Positions 55,168 to 64,000 of a stretch of DNA of 64,000 nucleotides are shown here, piece by piece; positions within the stretch are counted from its first letter, which is position 1, and every line of letters starts with the position of its first letter. The position numbers and the translations under genes are program-made. Under the pieces are notes generated by a model. The model saw nothing but the letters and a program-made list of their open reading frames with translations, was not told the DNA's origin and ran no database searches. This DNA is from an uncultured Candidatus Saccharibacteria bacterium. GTDB lineage: Bacteria > Patescibacteriota > Saccharimonadia > Saccharimonadales > JAUPVS01. Where the stretch lies: assembly GCA_964627095.1 (NCBI GenBank), contig CAZVKH010000001.1:8451-72450 (forward strand). Reading direction: 5' to 3'.

Positions 55168-55842
55168 ATGGATATGGATCTTAAACCCCCGACGCAGCCC
55201 AAATATCAGCTTAAGGAAACTCCGCCACCCGGCGCAACGCCACCTGAACCGCAGATGGACGACCCCTTTAAAGTTGATCCGCCACCACCCGAACTAACCG
55301 TACCTAAACCAAAGAAAAAACGCAGCGGCAAAGCTAAAAAGGCTTTGCTGGTTATTTTAGTATTGGCTCTGCTTGGTGCGGCCGGCTATGGTATTTACTA
55401 CTGGCAACACCAGCAAGTCGACAAACTAGCTAAAGAAAACCAGGCTCTAACCGCCCAACTAGCTGCCGCCAATAAAAAAGCTAGTGATGCCGAAGCCGAG
55501 AACGCCAAGCTTAGCGAAGCAGCCACCCCGCCAACGGCCGATACTTTGGTAATTACGGCTGCTACCGCCGATTGCCAGGCCGAGGTTGACCCAGCCACTA
55601 AGAAGGCTTTGGTATACACCCAAGGCACGCAAGGCACTGACAAAAAGAAAGTGCTGTATTCGACTGATAAGACCTTTGCCAAGGTTAGCGCTACCTGTGC
55701 TGCCACCGCTAACGCCACCGAGCCAGCCACGCTGTACTATGCTAAATTAGCCGGTACTACCTGGACGGTCATCTATGCTGACACCGCCGAGCCCGACGCC
55801 GACGTAACTGCTTTGTACGCCATCCCAACTGAATTCAAATAA
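55168..55842 (+). CDS. single-pass membrane protein with Pro-rich cytoplasmic N-terminus, coiled coil and Cys-containing extracellular domain
   Basis: TM helix ALLVILVLALLGAAGYGIYYW. Start set at ATG 55168 (the table ORF starts earlier, inside the tRNA trailer). Confidence 0.5.
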   Translation: MDMDLKPPTQPKYQLKETPPPGATPPEPQMDDPFKVDPPPPELTVPKPKKKRSGKAKKALLVILVLALLGAAGYGIYYWQHQQVDKLAKENQALTAQLAAANKKASDAEAENAKLSEAATPPTADTLVITAATADCQAEVDPATKKALVYTQGTQGTDKKKVLYSTDKTFAKVSATCAATANATEPATLYYAKLAGTTWTVIYADTAEPDADVTALYAIPTEFK

Positions 55843-55891
55843 AAGAACCGGCCTCTGGAAGCCGGTTCTTAATTTTACGTTAACTCTTTAA

Positions 55892-56296
55892 TTAAGAGTC
55901 TTCGCGTAGCTCGCCACCATGAACGATCAATGCGTAAAGCACCAATACGTCGATCAGGATGGCAGCGAGTGACCAGACTGGGTAGGCTGGAATAAACGCC
56001 ATGCTAGTCAGCAATGATACAGTTGTCACGATAACGGCAACGATGCGACCAAACAAGTGGCCCGAAAGTACCGAGAAACCAGCGAACAATAGAATCATCG
56101 CCAAAACTAGTTGACCCCAGCCCCAAGCTGTAAAGTTAAAGACTGCTAGGTGCTGTTCGGTAACAACGTAGAATGAACTACGAGTTAATGAAACGATGCC
56201 CAGGAATGCCTCGAAAAAGGCGCGCACGATCAGAAGTATACCGGCAAAGTATACCCAGCCGACCCATCCAGATGGTTGTGTTGTTGGTTTAGCCAT
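55892..56296 (-). CDS. hypothetical four-helix membrane protein
   Basis: Hydrophobic ORF. No motif recognised. Confidence 0.45.
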   Translation of the reverse strand: MAKPTTQPSGWVGWVYFAGILLIVRAFFEAFLGIVSLTRSSFYVVTEQHLAVFNFTAWGWGQLVLAMILLFAGFSVLSGHLFGRIVAVIVTTVSLLTSMAFIPAYPVWSLAAILIDVLVLYALIVHGGELREDS

Positions 56297-56361
56297 AAAA
56301 GCCCTCCTTAGTTGATGATTAAATCATCTCGCTTACTGGAATTTTTGTCAAGGAAGTTGCC

Positions 56362-56676
56362 TTAACGCTTATGCTTTTCAGTATGAGATTCGGCACGGGC
56401 TTGCATTTTTTGACCACGCTTCTTTACAAAGGCGTTTATAAAGGCACCAAAAATAGCAATTCCTAGCAGAATGTAGATGGTCGTAAATAACTTACCGGCA
56501 TCGGTTTTGGGCGTAATGTCGCCATACCCAACAGTGGTTAGGGTGACGATGCAAAAATAGTAGGCATCGACCCAGCCCCACTTTTCGACAAAGTGATAGA
56601 AAGCCATGCCAACCCCCAACACTGCGAAAGTAATGGTTAGTAGTAGCCTGTACATATAGCGGTCAAGTGGGTTCAT
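56362..56676 (-). CDS. minimal two-TM potassium-channel-family protein
   Basis: Selectivity filter TTVGYGD between two hydrophobic helices. 104 aa. Confidence 0.8.
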   Translation of the reverse strand: MNPLDRYMYRLLLTITFAVLGVGMAFYHFVEKWGWVDAYYFCIVTLTTVGYGDITPKTDAGKLFTTIYILLGIAIFGAFINAFVKKRGQKMQARAESHTEKHKR

Positions 56677-56691
56677 TGGTTTCTCCTGTAA

Positions 56692-57150
56692 TTATTTATC
56701 TGTCTGGCGATGTTGGAAAAAGTCCATCCAGGCTTGAAAGTTGCGCTGGAAAGTCGATACTACCACAGCTGGCTGAGCGGCCTTATTTTGCTCTTTGGAC
56801 ATATCAACAGTGTTGGCCAGCGCCACCCGCTTGGGCACCAAAACCAGTTTTTCATTAGGGGCGGCCTTGCCGAACTGGCGCCGGGCGGCTAGTTCCAGGA
56901 ATTGGTTGGTATTGTAGTACTGATTGGCTAGCTTTTGGTTATTATTCTGGAGATCCAGCACCTGGTTTTCTTGCTGTATAGCCGAGATTTGCTTTTGCAG
57001 GCCGTAGTTAGTCTGAATAGCCGAGATTGTACTCCAGCTTACTAACAGGGCAATGCCGGCAAAGATTAAAAGCCCCACCACGCGCACGTCTTGGAGTTGC
57101 TTAAAATAGGGATGGTTTTGGATATTTTTGATTTTACTGTTCATGAACAT
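56692..57150 (-). CDS. FtsB/DivIC-family septum formation initiator
   Basis: N-terminal TM, a coiled coil (ISAIQQENQVLDLQNNNQKLANQ), then FLELAARRQFGKAAPNEKLV. Confidence 0.6.
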   Translation of the reverse strand: MFMNSKIKNIQNHPYFKQLQDVRVVGLLIFAGIALLVSWSTISAIQTNYGLQKQISAIQQENQVLDLQNNNQKLANQYYNTNQFLELAARRQFGKAAPNEKLVLVPKRVALANTVDMSKEQNKAAQPAVVVSTFQRNFQAWMDFFQHRQTDK

Positions 57151-57211
57151 TTTTATTATACAATCCTTTGCCCAAAATCTGCTATACTCACTCTGTTAAT
57201 ACCACGACCAC

Positions 57212-57287
57212 GGGGGTGTAGCTCATCGGTCAGAGCAGGCGGCTCATAACCGCTTGGTAGATGGTTCAACTCCATCCACCCCCACCA
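57212..57287 (+). tRNA. tRNA-Ile2-like (CAT; probable lysidine substrate)
   Basis: GGGGGUGUAGCUCAUCGGUCAGAGCAGGCGGCUCAUAACCGCUUGGUAGAUGGUUCAACUCCAUCCACCCCCACCA. Its anticodon arm is near-identical to E. coli tRNA-Ile(LAU), and tilS is present in the window. Confidence 0.7.
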
Positions 57288-57358
57288 AATATCATGCTTG
57301 AGCTTACACCGTTTAACCTCTATACTAACTAGCAATAGGTAAAAGAGAGGGTTAACGC

Positions 57359-58408
57359 ATGGCTAGACTACCAGTTCCGGGCGGCGATACGGGTACATGG
57401 GGCACTGTACTCAATGACTTCTTAGGGGTAGCACATAATAGCGACGGCACGCTGAAGTCAATCACTTCGGCTACCGTGTCAGATTTTTCCGAAGCAGCCA
57501 TCGACGCTGCCGGTAGCGCCATGACAGCAGGTCCGGGCGTTTCTGTAACTGTCGACGATAACGCCAACACCATCACTGTTGGTAACGTCCGAACTACTAA
57601 TGTGCAAACTGCCAGCTACACACTGGCCTTAACCGATGCATTTAAGACCGTCCAGTTTGATGCTGCCGGTAATGTTTTCCCTACTCTTACCATCCCGACC
57701 AACGACGTTATACCATTTGCAATTGGAACGGTAGTTTATGTCACTCACTTAGCTACCGCCCGCTATACCACTGTAGCCGCTTCTGGAGGTGTTACACTGC
57801 AAGCTCCTAGCGGTCTTTCGGTTGGGCCAAAGCAAACCCTAACTCTGCAAAAAACCGCCAGCGATACCTGGATTGTTACCAGCGCCATCAGTGCCAGTGA
57901 CCCAGGCGTACTTCACGAAGTTGGCGCCTTGCCACCGGGTTACTCGCATCTTGGTACAGTTTCAACACTTAGCCTAAATGGTCAGATTTGGGTTCCTTTC
58001 GAAATCCAGTCGCCAATGGCGATGCCGGCAATAGTCATAAGGGTCACCACTGCCGTACCCGGATCACAGTTTAACCTGAGTATCTATCAGTGTGATACTT
58101 CTTGGACGGCTGCCTCATTTATTGGCACCATAATCAACCAGACGGCTGTTACCGGACTAAATACTATTACCCCACCGGCCACTACACTGCCACCAGGGCG
58201 TTATAGTATAAAGCTACGTTATTCTGACCTTTCGGCTATCGATATCCGAGCCATTAACTGTGCTCCGCCTTTCGTGGATCCCAGCATTGGTGCCACCGCT
58301 GGTGTCCAAAAACTAACCGGCTCATCTGGTAGTAACGACTGGACCGCTGCCACCTTAGCGACCGGAGGCTTTCAGCTCCCTTTCTTCTTCAGCCAACGGG
58401 CTCTGTAG
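57359..58408 (+). CDS. hypothetical protein resembling actinophage minor-tail/tail-fibre N-terminal domains
   Basis: MARLPVPGGDTGTWGTVLNDFL...AIDAAGSAMTAGPGVSVTVDDNANTITVG matches a pattern I recall from phage tail-fibre proteins. Beta-rich Thr/Ser/Val composition and no signal peptide. Recollection, not a database hit. Confidence 0.4.
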   Translation: MARLPVPGGDTGTWGTVLNDFLGVAHNSDGTLKSITSATVSDFSEAAIDAAGSAMTAGPGVSVTVDDNANTITVGNVRTTNVQTASYTLALTDAFKTVQFDAAGNVFPTLTIPTNDVIPFAIGTVVYVTHLATARYTTVAASGGVTLQAPSGLSVGPKQTLTLQKTASDTWIVTSAISASDPGVLHEVGALPPGYSHLGTVSTLSLNGQIWVPFEIQSPMAMPAIVIRVTTAVPGSQFNLSIYQCDTSWTAASFIGTIINQTAVTGLNTITPPATTLPPGRYSIKLRYSDLSAIDIRAINCAPPFVDPSIGATAGVQKLTGSSGSNDWTAATLATGGFQLPFFFSQRAL

Positions 58409-58443
58409 CACCTCCGGCGGACACACCGCCAGATGTTCCATCA

Positions 58444-59388
58444 ATGCAGCTCGTTGGCTCGAATCCATTCGCGCTTACGCAACCTTCGGGTGCGCGTGGT
58501 CTTCATACGCTTATGCCGTTTGGCAGTAAGCTTTACGCCGGTTTTGGTGACTGGATTTCGAATACCGGTCCGGTTGAAATCACTTCTTGGAATGGCTCAT
58601 CTTGGACTAGCGAATTTACTGCCAAAACGGAAAGTATAGTTCGCTACCGAGTTTTGAACGGTAAGCTGTTTGTACCTTATATCGACCCACGCACCAGTTA
58701 TCACAACGACTTTGCCGTTCTGGAATCTGGTGGCTGGACCGAATATCGAACTGGATCAGGGCCAAACGAAGCCACCTTACACACCTTTGATATGACATAC
58801 TTTGGCGGTCAATACTGGGGGGCCGGTGCCGCCACCGATGACAATAAGGCGTCGGTTTACCGCAGCGCCGACTATACATCCGGTGGATCCTGGACTCGTT
58901 CCAACTTTGGCACACCGAACGGCGAAGATCGTATCTATACTATCTGGCAAGCCGATGGCAATTTGTACTGCCGCTTCTCGACCGGGCCTGGTGTCGTTTT
59001 CTTATGGAATGGCTCGGCGTGGGTAGACTCCGGCCTATCCAACACCAACGCACCCGGCTGGAACACCGAAACTTTTGGTACCAAAACTGCCTACACCAAT
59101 GCCTTTAACGGCGGTAGTGCCGACAAAGTCCGCACCTTCGACAGCACTAATGGCGTCCAAACCTGGGATAACGCCGGCAACACCTATGCGCTGTGTGTCA
59201 GTGGTAGTTACGTATACGCCCTGGCCGACGCCGGTACGGCCTTTAAGCAAGTTCTCCGCTCCACCGACCTCGTAACTTGGACACCAATCGCCCTGCCACC
59301 GTCTGACTGCGAAAGCATAGCTATTTGGAATAATACCGTCTACGTTGGTACCACTAGCGGCGCGCTATACAACTATGCGCTTAGTTAG
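58444..59388 (+). CDS. hypothetical beta-propeller-like protein (Trp/Gly-rich blades)
   Basis: Recurrent beta-hairpin segments (KLYAGFGDW, KLFVPYID, QYWGAGAA, NLYCRFST, YVYALADA, TVYVGTTSG). No signal peptide. Confidence 0.4.
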   Translation: MQLVGSNPFALTQPSGARGLHTLMPFGSKLYAGFGDWISNTGPVEITSWNGSSWTSEFTAKTESIVRYRVLNGKLFVPYIDPRTSYHNDFAVLESGGWTEYRTGSGPNEATLHTFDMTYFGGQYWGAGAATDDNKASVYRSADYTSGGSWTRSNFGTPNGEDRIYTIWQADGNLYCRFSTGPGVVFLWNGSAWVDSGLSNTNAPGWNTETFGTKTAYTNAFNGGSADKVRTFDSTNGVQTWDNAGNTYALCVSGSYVYALADAGTAFKQVLRSTDLVTWTPIALPPSDCESIAIWNNTVYVGTTSGALYNYALS

Positions 59389-59950
59389 CTCGGGCTTTTT
59401 GCAAGACCTTGGCCCACCACACCAAGTTGTCCATCAGCTTCTCAGGGCTAGAGCCTCGCAAATTTCCTTCGCTAAAGTTGCCTTCTTCGTCAAAAGCACC
59501 CCAAACGTCAATCACCTTGACTGAAGTACCTAGTAGCGGCACCATCCCAATTTGGGCAACCACCGGCACAAGATGCTCTAGTGTAGCCGAGCCACCTAGG
59601 GCACCGTAGCCAACAAAGGCCACCGGCTTACGGGCCCACTCGTTATACAAGTAATCTATAGCGTTCTTTAGGCTGGCTGGATAGCCATGGTTATACTCGG
59701 GTGTAACAAAAACATAGCCATCGAATGAATCAATAAGTTTTGACCACTTCTTGGTATGCTCTCTTTGATATTGTTGCATCGAAGCCAAATTTGATTCATC
59801 TAGAAATGGCAGATTAACATCAGCCAGGTCGATTAGCGTAAACTTAACATCCGGCGTGTCAGAAACTTGATCAACAAACCAGTCGGCAATTTTACGACCG
59901 ACACGGGAAGGGCGGGTAGAGCCAACGATAACGGCAATTTTTAAAGTCAT
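59381..59950 (-). CDS. NADPH-dependent FMN reductase (flavodoxin-like fold)
   Basis: MTLKIAVIVGSTRPSRVGRKIADWF N-terminal motif of the NADPH-dependent FMN reductase family. Confidence 0.8.
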   Translation of the reverse strand: MTLKIAVIVGSTRPSRVGRKIADWFVDQVSDTPDVKFTLIDLADVNLPFLDESNLASMQQYQREHTKKWSKLIDSFDGYVFVTPEYNHGYPASLKNAIDYLYNEWARKPVAFVGYGALGGSATLEHLVPVVAQIGMVPLLGTSVKVIDVWGAFDEEGNFSEGNLRGSSPEKLMDNLVWWAKVLQKARAN

Positions 59951-59992
59951 GGGTGTGTAACCTTTCGTTAATTTTCTATATCGCTATAAATT

Positions 59993-60011
59993 GTATAGTA
60001 ACTTACTATAC
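59993..60011. promoter_or_regulatory. 19-bp perfect palindrome GTATAGTAA-c-TTACTATAC in the divergent FMN-reductase/hxlR intergenic region (candidate HxlR operator)
   Basis: Read directly. It is 18 nt upstream of the hxlR start. Confidence 0.55.
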
Positions 60012-60028
60012 TTTGTAAAGCCTGAAGT

Positions 60029-60379
60029 GTGCGTTATACTGCTAGCATGAATCCTGCCATCGAAAAACATCCTGGCTGTATCGAAAATACTTTAACCATC
60101 CTCGGCGACAAATGGACTGCCTTAATTGTGCGTGACCTCTCTTCTGCCAAAGCCCGCTTTGGTGACCTCGAGACCTCTTTGGCTGGTATCAGCCCGCGTA
60201 CCCTGAGCCAACGCCTCGACAAACTAGAAAAAGAAGGCATTGTAATTAGACGCCTCTACTGCGAGCGACCACCACGTTACACCTACGAACTAACTAGTAA
60301 GGGGCTGGAACTTCAAGAAATTCTAGTCAAGATGTCCGAGTGGGGTGACCGCCATAACTGCCAAAAGGGTATCGCGTAG
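60029..60379 (+). CDS. HxlR/DUF24-family winged-helix transcriptional regulator
   Basis: LTILGDKWTALIVRDL...GISPRTLSQRLDKLEKEGIV matches the HxlR family. Confidence 0.8.
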   Translation: MRYTASMNPAIEKHPGCIENTLTILGDKWTALIVRDLSSAKARFGDLETSLAGISPRTLSQRLDKLEKEGIVIRRLYCERPPRYTYELTSKGLELQEILVKMSEWGDRHNCQKGIA

Positions 60380-61291
60380 CTCGTCAACATTGTTAGCGGC
60401 CATAAAACGCTCGCGGAGTTCTTTGGCGCCATCAAAGCCGTTAATATAAACCTTACAGAATTTGTTAAGGGTATGAACTTTTCTTTCATTATTTTGCCAG
60501 GTTTGGGCGAACAGCTCGATATGGCGCTGGAACAACTCCATCTTTTGCTGCTTGGTCATGTCTACCCACGGACTTTGCTGAGCAAACACATAGGGGTCTT
60601 CAAAAATACCACGGCCGATCATAATTCCATCCAGCTTATACTCCTCTGCCTTTGCCAAGGCCTCTTGGCGCGTTAGCACATCGCCATTACCAACTAGTAA
60701 GGTGGCGGGGGAGAGCTGGTCACGCAACTCGCGGATCTGGTTGATAACATCCCAGTGAACCGGCACCTTAGACATTTCTTTAGTGGTCCGACCATGTATA
60801 GTTAACATGTTAAGTTTTAAGCTTAGCAGAAATTCTGGCCAGGTAATGTCGACTTCATTAAAGCCAATCCGGGTTTTTACCGAAACGGGGAAGTCTTCCC
60901 CGGCGGCTTTTTGGACAGCCCGGATGATCTCCCCTGCCGCTTCCCTGTTATTAATTAAGGCGCTGCAGCAGCCATTCTTAACGACAGTCTTGTCGGGACA
61001 CCCCATATTTATGTCCACCCCAGCAAAGCCCATTTCTTTAAGTTCCAGAGTAGTTTTGTAATAATTATCGGGGTTTTTACCCCATAACTGGGCAATAATT
61101 GGCGTTTCTTGGGCAGTAAACTGCAACTTGGGGAGTAGCTTTTCCCGACCCGGACTTTGCAAGCCATCGACGTTAACAAACTCGGTAAAATAGAGGTCGG
61201 GTGGAGCGGTACTAGCCACTACCTGACGGAACACGCTGTCGGTGACATCGTCCATGGGGGCTAAAACTAGGAAGGGCTGCGGTAACTGCAT
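60323..61291 (-). CDS. dus: tRNA-dihydrouridine synthase
   Basis: LAPMDDVTDSVFR N-terminal motif, TIM-barrel FMN-binding pattern and a catalytic Cys region (NMGCP). Confidence 0.85.
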   Translation of the reverse strand: MQLPQPFLVLAPMDDVTDSVFRQVVASTAPPDLYFTEFVNVDGLQSPGREKLLPKLQFTAQETPIIAQLWGKNPDNYYKTTLELKEMGFAGVDINMGCPDKTVVKNGCCSALINNREAAGEIIRAVQKAAGEDFPVSVKTRIGFNEVDITWPEFLLSLKLNMLTIHGRTTKEMSKVPVHWDVINQIRELRDQLSPATLLVGNGDVLTRQEALAKAEEYKLDGIMIGRGIFEDPYVFAQQSPWVDMTKQQKMELFQRHIELFAQTWQNNERKVHTLNKFCKVYINGFDGAKELRERFMAANNVDELRDTLLAVMAVTPLGHLD

Positions 61292-61300
61292 CGCTCTAGT

Positions 61301-62098
61301 TTATTGGTACTTACGTAGTTCTTGCAACACATTACTTTGCGATGTCCGCAACAGACTGTCGCGGCGCTGGGCATACTCTAAGGTATGCTCAGTGTATCTC
61401 AACCAGTGTCGTGTTCGCTGATTGCCGTCACCATGCAAACCAAATAAAACGACCGTTAAGGCTCTTTTGGCCATAACGTGTTCATCAACCGACCAGCCCA
61501 GCCGTTTACCAGCTACTCCAATCATATTGCCAATAGTGTCTTTGGTTTGCACTACTTTAGGGTATAGTTTATCGGCGCGATAATGGGCCCGACCGCCACT
61601 TCTAGCCTCTTTGGCGACAACTCGAACACAATCGACTTCGGCCTGTATGGCCGCTCGGCGATCTTCTAGTTTAACGACACGACCTTCAAGCCCTTCCCTA
61701 GCCTTACGCTTCTTAACGGCTTCAACAAGATGTGGGCGATTCTGATACTCACTTTCGGCGCGAGCCCTAATTCGCTTGGCCAGCATGACTGGACTACTAA
61801 CAATCGCCTTGTAGTCATCGGCCGGGAAAACCAATCCGCGCCAAGCGTTATCGACATCATCATCATGGGCATTGCCGGTATACAAAGCTAAGCGAATGTC
61901 TACCGGATCAATTATTGCCAAGTCCTCGACAGCCGTTGCCCCCATGGCTTGGCGACTAGTTTCGGTATCGCTTAAAACATTCAACAGATGACTGAACGTA
62001 ACTGGCTGTTCCCAGTCAATTCCTAACTCATGCCTTGGCTGGGTGCCTTCGAATGGAAGTGGTCCCTGCCCCACCCCGGGATGTGTTGCTTGTGCCAT
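61301..62098 (-). CDS. hypothetical protein
   Basis: ORF only. A C-terminal LFGLHGDGNQRTRHW segment is not assignable. Confidence 0.4.
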   Translation of the reverse strand: MAQATHPGVGQGPLPFEGTQPRHELGIDWEQPVTFSHLLNVLSDTETSRQAMGATAVEDLAIIDPVDIRLALYTGNAHDDDVDNAWRGLVFPADDYKAIVSSPVMLAKRIRARAESEYQNRPHLVEAVKKRKAREGLEGRVVKLEDRRAAIQAEVDCVRVVAKEARSGGRAHYRADKLYPKVVQTKDTIGNMIGVAGKRLGWSVDEHVMAKRALTVVLFGLHGDGNQRTRHWLRYTEHTLEYAQRRDSLLRTSQSNVLQELRKYQ

Positions 62099-62103
62099 CG
62101 CTA

Positions 62104-62472
62104 TTAACCAAGCAGCCTTCGGGCGGCTGCTACACCAGCTCTGCCAATATCAATTTCGTCTTTACCGGGACGCATATAAGCATCATGCCCGATTGGTTTA
62201 GGTGGTCCTTTTACCATGTCTTCAGGTCCAAGTTGATCGGATGTTTTTGCAGGTTTGGGTTCTGCCGTATCAACACGAGCAACTGGAGCCTGCTCAGCAG
62301 CCAAATCTTCGTCACGACTAGCGACTATACCAGCCGCTCGGGCAGCTTGTTCGCGATATGGGTCTTTAAACTCTGGCTGTTCGGTAGGTGGCGTTGTATC
62401 TGCAGACATTCCAGAGGGCGCTTCGGACGGAGCTTGAGGAGTGGGATCAAACAATGACGGCTGATCGTTCAT
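62104..62472 (-). CDS. hypothetical Pro/Ala-rich protein
   Basis: ORF only. Low complexity. Confidence 0.3.
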   Translation of the reverse strand: MNDQPSLFDPTPQAPSEAPSGMSADTTPPTEQPEFKDPYREQAARAAGIVASRDEDLAAEQAPVARVDTAEPKPAKTSDQLGPEDMVKGPPKPIGHDAYMRPGKDEIDIGRAGVAAARRLLG

Positions 62473-62520
62473 ACGCCAAATATACCATGTGTGTGTAATT
62501 TTTACAATTATGCGGTGGGG

Positions 62521-63633
62521 TTATTCCCAGCGGAAAATGCGGAAGGCAATGAAGTATATAATTACCGTCCAAGCTGCCATCAAGCCAAGTTGTGGTCCTA
62601 GCTCTAACAAAGTCTTGCCTTCGGTGGCGATTAAACGAATGCCCTCGATAACCGGTGTTAGCGGCAAGAATGACGACACCGTTTGCAGCCACTCGGGCAT
62701 TAAGAAGCGCGGGAAAAACGTGCCCGACAAAAATAACATCGGAAACACCACAATGTTAGACAGTGGTGCGGCCTGCTGCTCGTTCTTGGCCCAACCACCC
62801 AGCGCCAGGCCAATGCCTAAAATCATGGCAATACTAAATACTAAAAACAGGGCCAAAGCCAAGTAGTTGCCAACCACATTAAGATCAAATACGACTATGG
62901 CGACAATAAACATCAGCGCCATGGTCATCATGCCAACCACGCTTTGCGAAACAACGTTAGCTAAAAAGTACTGCCAAACCCGTAGCGGCGTGGTGTGCAA
63001 GCGGCGCAGTACGCCCTGCTTTTTAAGCTCCGGAAAAACGTTAACTGGGCCAAATATGCCAATACCGATAATCGAAAAGCCTAGTAAGCCAGCAAAAGTG
63101 TAATCGAATTGGCTGAGCGCTTGTTCATTAATCTGCTCGGCCTTAACTGTGAAAGGTGTTGGGGCTTTGACAAACTGGCTATTCAAGCCCTGGAATTGGG
63201 ATTGCAGAATAGACGTTAGGGCTTGGCTGGCTTGTAGGTTGTTTTGGGTATAGTAGACCACGGCCTGGCCGCTTGGTAGCTCACCACTTTGCTGCCCAAA
63301 ACTAGAAGGCAAAATTATGGTGGCGTCTAACTGGCCGCGTGTCATCTTTTCTTTGGCGCCGTCCAGCGAAGTTACATCAGTGCTGACTTTGTAAATCTGG
63401 GCCTTGCCAATCTGTTCGGTGAGCTGCTTAGCGTAGGGCGAGTCGGACTGATTTATAACCGCCACTTTAAACGAAGTGTCGTTGTTTTTGCCAAAGATTC
63501 CGCCAAAAACAAACAAGAATATCAACGGGAATGCAAAGATGAAAAACAGCGAGGTTTTATCACGAAAAGCCCGCCGAATCGCCACCTTAGCAAAGACTTT
63601 AACAGGCAGCAACGACTGTTTCAGGTTGCTCAT
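62521..63633 (-). CDS. ABC-2-type transporter permease
   Basis: An N-terminal TM, a large extracytoplasmic loop and a C-terminal six-TM bundle, downstream of an ABC ATPase. Confidence 0.75.
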   Translation of the reverse strand: MSNLKQSLLPVKVFAKVAIRRAFRDKTSLFFIFAFPLIFLFVFGGIFGKNNDTSFKVAVINQSDSPYAKQLTEQIGKAQIYKVSTDVTSLDGAKEKMTRGQLDATIILPSSFGQQSGELPSGQAVVYYTQNNLQASQALTSILQSQFQGLNSQFVKAPTPFTVKAEQINEQALSQFDYTFAGLLGFSIIGIGIFGPVNVFPELKKQGVLRRLHTTPLRVWQYFLANVVSQSVVGMMTMALMFIVAIVVFDLNVVGNYLALALFLVFSIAMILGIGLALGGWAKNEQQAAPLSNIVVFPMLFLSGTFFPRFLMPEWLQTVSSFLPLTPVIEGIRLIATEGKTLLELGPQLGLMAAWTVIIYFIAFRIFRWE

Positions 63634-63635
63634 GG

Positions 63636-64000
63636 CTAGTCCTTCAGGTCCTTGCCGGTAAGATCAATAAATACGTCCTCGAGGTCGGCTTGCTCAACAT
63701 GCTTTGCCTTTTTAAAGCCACGTTTTAGAAGTTGCTGGACAAGGTTTTTGGGCGTGTCTAAGGCGATGATTTTGCCATTATCCATAATGGCAACGCGATC
63801 ACACAATATCTCGGCCTCTTCCATATAGTGCGTAGTTAAAATGACTGTGACGCCACTATCACGAGTCTTTTTGACCAAGTCCCACAAATGACGGCGAGCT
63901 TGGGGGTCCAACCCAGTGGTGGGTTCGTCCATAAAAAAGACTTTAGGCTTATGTACCAATGAGGCCACAATGCTAAAGCGTTGGCGCTGGCCCCCCGACA
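63636..64000 (-). CDS. ABC transporter ATP-binding protein, C-terminal part (the gene begins beyond the window end)
   Basis: Walker B and D-loop FFMDEPTTGLDP and an H-loop TTHYMEEAE. The frame is open to the window edge. Confidence 0.8.
   Translation of the reverse strand, partial: SGGQRQRFSIVASLVHKPKVFFMDEPTTGLDPQARRHLWDLVKKTRDSGVTVILTTHYMEEAEILCDRVAIMDNGKIIALDTPKNLVQQLLKRGFKKAKHVEQADLEDVFIDLTGKDLKD

Overview
The window is about 49% GC, densely packed with bacterial housekeeping genes, mostly on the minus strand. Recognisable genes: murA (5' end cut by the window), a tRNA cluster (His-Arg-Gly), tatA-tatC, rny-HAD-ymdB, tsaB/tsaE, recX-recA, ruvC-ruvA-ruvB, yebC, comEC, rimK, the CIRCE-controlled hrcA-grpE-dnaK-dnaJ operon, cmk, bcp, lepA, murJ, ftsH, tilS, the oxidative pentose-phosphate trio pgl-gnd-zwf, a GH10 hydrolase, a thioredoxin/CcdA pair, an ECF sigma factor and three CAU-anticodon tRNAs (initiator-like, elongator Met, Ile2-like). 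Gene content (type IV pilin, short ComEC, lamin-tail-domain surface protein, short TsaB/HrcA, many small membrane proteins) suggests a reduced-genome Gram-positive-like/Patescibacteria (Saccharibacteria-like) organism; this is inference from content only. The most interesting signal is a pair of about 138-nt paralogous elements lying immediately 3' of tRNA-Lys and of the initiator-like tRNA on the same strand: a 5' hairpin conserved in structure but not sequence, then an about 85%-identical imperfect long hairpin with at least one compensatory change. I read these as a structured ncRNA family that I cannot assign to SRP, 6S, tmRNA or RNase P RNA. Other signals: a conserved 12-mer CTCATGCTTGCA forming an extended -35 for three leaderless minus-strand transcripts; a membrane-anchored ClpA/B-type double-AAA+ unfoldase in an operon with a small membrane protein; a phage-tail-fibre-like protein plus beta-propeller protein directly after a tRNA; shared AT-rich boxes upstream of the recA/pilin and LTD-ruvCAB promoters; and a consensus promoter-small ORF-terminator unit. 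No CRISPR array, integrase or transposase was seen. Hand-read coordinates of non-CDS features may be off by 1-2 nt.
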